DNA from: Candidatus Omnitrophota bacterium
GTDB taxonomy: Bacteria > Omnitrophota > Gorgyraeia > Gygaellales > Profunditerraquicolaceae
Direction of reading: 5' to 3'
Length of the DNA: 64,000 bases
Assembly: GCA_028715785.1 (NCBI GenBank)
Contig: JAQURC010000005.1
Span: 2,095-66,094 of the forward strand
Position numbers and translations under genes: made by a program. Under the pieces are notes generated by a model. The model was given only the letters and a program-made list of their open reading frames with translations. It had not been told where the DNA came from and did not search any database. This document shows, piece by piece, positions 61,652 through 64,000 of the stretch; the first letter of the stretch is position 1, and each line of letters starts with the position of its first letter.

Positions 61652-62581
61652 TTATAACTTCTCTATAACAGACTGCGCTAACAGCGGAAGCATTATTTCA
61701 TGATGGCCGATAATATAATAACCCTTGCCGCCGGAATTGACCGGACGGGCCACCACATTCTGGGCCGGCCGGTAATGATAAACCATATCGAAATTTGCCG
61801 TGGTAAAATTACGGACATTGTTTCCTAAGTTCCGCGCAAGGTTTAAGGCTTTTAAAAATACTTCCGGCAATAATACCGCCGAACCGAAATTCAAGACCAC
61901 TCCCCCCTGGTTTAAATAACGGATATTCTCGACGAGAGTATGAAAATCGCGCATTGAACCGCCGGCAGTAGCGCAGGCGTCAAATGACGGATGTTGATGG
62001 ATGATATCCGTGCCGATGCCGACAAAAACACAAACCGGCACTTTATATTTATAAGCGTTATAAAGCAAGCTCAAATCTTTATTCGCTAAATCCGTGGTGG
62101 CTAGCGCATTGGCTACCGAGTAACCCAGCCCAAAACCTTTTTTTGCGCCAACTTTAGCGGCGCAGTTTAAGAAATCCGCGGTCTCCTTACCCATTCCGAA
62201 TTTTCCGGTTTTAAGGTTTTCGGCAACGTCTTCGGAAGTTTTCCCCTGAAAAGCAATTTCAAAATCATGGATGATGCCTGCGCCGTTTAAACAGATACAG
62301 GTAATCACTTTTTTCCTGATCAGCTCAATCAATACCGGATTAAGCCCGCACTTAATCACGTGGGCTCCGGCCATAAAGATTACACCTTTATTTTTCTTGC
62401 GGGCGGCCACAATATCCGAAGAAACCGCGCGTAAATCTTTTGCTTTTAAGATATTCGGCAGGGAATCCAGGAAGCCGGTAAAGCTTTTGGCTTTAACGGG
62501 TTTGGAGGCAAAATCCCCTTTGTTCACCTTGCTCAGGCGGCTCCTGACCGAATATGTCTTTATCTTGTTTAGATTAATCAT
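61652..62581 (-). CDS. hypothetical protein, tentatively deoxyhypusine-synthase-like (DHS-like NAD-binding fold)
   Basis: 'GAHVIKCGLNPVLIELIRKKVITCICLNGAGIIHDFE' and 'GIGTDIIHQHP' resemble DHS regions. From memory only. Confidence 0.35.
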   Translation of the reverse strand: MINLNKIKTYSVRSRLSKVNKGDFASKPVKAKSFTGFLDSLPNILKAKDLRAVSSDIVAARKKNKGVIFMAGAHVIKCGLNPVLIELIRKKVITCICLNGAGIIHDFEIAFQGKTSEDVAENLKTGKFGMGKETADFLNCAAKVGAKKGFGLGYSVANALATTDLANKDLSLLYNAYKYKVPVCVFVGIGTDIIHQHPSFDACATAGGSMRDFHTLVENIRYLNQGGVVLNFGSAVLLPEVFLKALNLARNLGNNVRNFTTANFDMVYHYRPAQNVVARPVNSGGKGYYIIGHHEIMLPLLAQSVIEKL

Positions 62582-62659
62582 AGAGAAGTAATTTTATCAC
62601 AATTCAACACTAAAGCAAACAGATATTTATACTATGGCTTAGCGGATGGCTTGGCTTGA

Positions 62660-62790
62660 TTTCGAGCGGGCGTGGAGGCAAGGAGCGGGCACGGTTCCGT
62701 CATTTTTCAATCTCTCGAGAGGCGACGCCAGCCGACCCGAGCGCAGTTTTGCCTCGCAGGGGCAAAACAAGCGTCCCGCGAGAAACAAGA
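62660..62790. other. GC-rich structured island in the 5' region of the DHS-like gene, containing an 8-7-8 hairpin (62746-62768)
   Basis: 'gttttgcc-tcgcagg-ggcaaaac' hairpin and repeated 'gagcgggc' units; local GC is well above the window average. Confidence 0.3.
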
Positions 62791-62803
62791 CAAGACAAAC
62801 GCG

Positions 62804-63976
62804 TTAAGTTTTATCATATTTTAAGATTGATTCGGCAACAGAAACTACATCCTCAACAGTGATCGCCTTAAGGCAGGCGAACTCTTTTTTGCAATTATGC
62901 GCCAGGCACTGGATGCATCCGGCATCCTTATGCAGGTATTTATCGCCCTTGCCTAACGGCCCCCAGCGCCGCGGGCTAAGCCCTGCTTGACTGCGCCCGA
63001 AAATTGAAATAACCGGCAGGCCTACGGCAGAGGCTATATGCACCGGCCCGGAATCATTGGAAATAAACAGGCTGCACCGCTTAAAGATACTGGCCAGCTG
63101 GCTTACCGAGGTTTTTCCGGCGAGGTTGACTACTTTACCTTTAATTCCGCGGGCGACCTTATCTGCCAGATGTATTTCCTTCGGCCCGCCTAAAATCAGG
63201 ATTTTGAAATTATAAAGCCCGGCTAATTTCTCGGCAACCCGCGCAAAGTTTTCTACCGGCCAAATTTTTGAAGGGCAGCTTGCCCCGGGATTAACCGCTA
63301 ATATCCTATCCTGCGGATTAATCCCCTCTTCACTAAACAGGCTCTCAATATGGCGTTCGGAATCTTGTCTTATGGGCATAAATAAATCATAAGGGTTGCC
63401 GCTTACGCCTAATTCAGAAAGTAATTCCAGATTATACTCCGCCTCATGTTTGCTTCCTTCCTGCTTTTTATGCTCTTTACGAAGATTAAGCAGAAAACCC
63501 AGCTTACGGTTGTAGCCCAGCCGCTGCGGAATACCGGCTAAAAAAGCTATCAGGTGCAGGCGATTGCTCGGATGCAAAATGACGGCTAAATCAAATTTCT
63601 TCTTTTTTAACCTGCCGGCAAATTTTATGGTGCGCCACCAGCTTTTATGCTCGCCGTCCTTGTCATATAGAATAACTTCATCCAAATAGGGATTACCCTC
63701 GAGGAGATCCTTGGCATAAGGAGCAACAAGCATCGAAATATAGGCCTGCGGAAATTTTTGCCTCAAGGCTTTGATCACCGGGGTCGATAAAAGCACGTCT
63801 CCTATCCGGTCAGTGCGGCTGATAAGAATCCGCCGGTATCGTTTATCTTTATTTTGTAGTCTTTTAGTTGCTAAGATTGCTTCGCTGGCTTCGTTCGCTC
63901 GCAATGACACATAGATGTTATCCACAAGCACAGATTTAACCTGGCTAAATACCTCATCCGGTTTTATGCAAGCCAT
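62804..63976 (-). CDS. ADP-heptose:LPS heptosyltransferase (GT9 family)
   Basis: 'RRILISRTDRIGDVLLSTPVIKAL' GT9 N-terminus and 'SNDSGPVHIASAVGLPVISIFG' C-terminal motif. Start may be further downstream (the first ~46 aa look like an extension). Confidence 0.8.
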   Translation of the reverse strand: MACIKPDEVFSQVKSVLVDNIYVSLRANEASEAILATKRLQNKDKRYRRILISRTDRIGDVLLSTPVIKALRQKFPQAYISMLVAPYAKDLLEGNPYLDEVILYDKDGEHKSWWRTIKFAGRLKKKKFDLAVILHPSNRLHLIAFLAGIPQRLGYNRKLGFLLNLRKEHKKQEGSKHEAEYNLELLSELGVSGNPYDLFMPIRQDSERHIESLFSEEGINPQDRILAVNPGASCPSKIWPVENFARVAEKLAGLYNFKILILGGPKEIHLADKVARGIKGKVVNLAGKTSVSQLASIFKRCSLFISNDSGPVHIASAVGLPVISIFGRSQAGLSPRRWGPLGKGDKYLHKDAGCIQCLAHNCKKEFACLKAITVEDVVSVAESILKYDKT

Positions 63977-64000
63977 GCATTCCAGGGTGCCAAAACGGCA

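Overview
This 64 kb window reads as a dense, co-directional chromosomal segment of a Gram-negative (LPS-producing) bacterium. About 70 genes sit on the minus strand; I see no convincing plus-strand genes, rRNA/tRNA genes, CRISPR arrays, transposases or integrases. All protein calls are from motif recognition by eye, with no database search.

Gene content (minus strand, listed from low to high coordinate):
- Housekeeping at the low end: argS (partial), rsfS, a 50-aa zinc-ribbon ORF missing from the ORF track, corC, an M16 peptidase, and trpA-B-F-C-D-G without trpE.
- Then murA, prmC-prfA-rpmE-rho-coaE, glgA, polA and a secreted TPR protein.
- A one-carbon block: acetyl-CoA synthase subunit acsB with metF, folD and fchA, but no CO dehydrogenase or corrinoid protein genes in the window.
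- yraN, rnhB, rplS, trmD, queuosine genes tgt-queA and queH, a secreted GHL10-like protein, ruvB, scpA, trpS, infB-nusA-rimP, a short proS, and a lone CpaF/TadA-type ATPase.
- The isoprenoid/envelope cluster ispG-rseP-dxr-cdsA-uppS, then a GH57 glycogen-branching-type enzyme, a DUF4912-like protein, two lipoproteins (one OmpA-like), purA and a LeuA-family synthase.
- A secreted catalytically degenerate 5'-nucleotidase-like fusion, serA with a class-V aminotransferase, clpP, a trigger factor lacking its PPIase domain, and an LPS block (lptB, lptA-like, kdsC-D-A-B, heptose kinase, a deoxyhypusine-synthase-like gene, heptosyltransferase).

The more unusual signals are non-coding:
1. A ~58-nt leader motif occurs three times, directly upstream of the clpP, cpaF-like and DUF4912 start codons, with a compensatory base-pair change in a hairpin.
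2. A GTGTAACG/TAACGTTA motif is shared by the GH57 and heptose-kinase upstream regions.
3. A 480-bp non-coding gap between folD and metF holds a ~205-bp element bounded by inverted repeats around two near-perfect hairpins.
4. Tandem 13-mers encode the signal peptide of the 5'-nucleotidase-like gene.
5. A GC-rich structured island sits upstream of the deoxyhypusine-synthase-like gene.

I did not find a clear novel multi-gene system such as a defence island; the interest lies in these recurrent non-coding motifs and in several atypical domain architectures.
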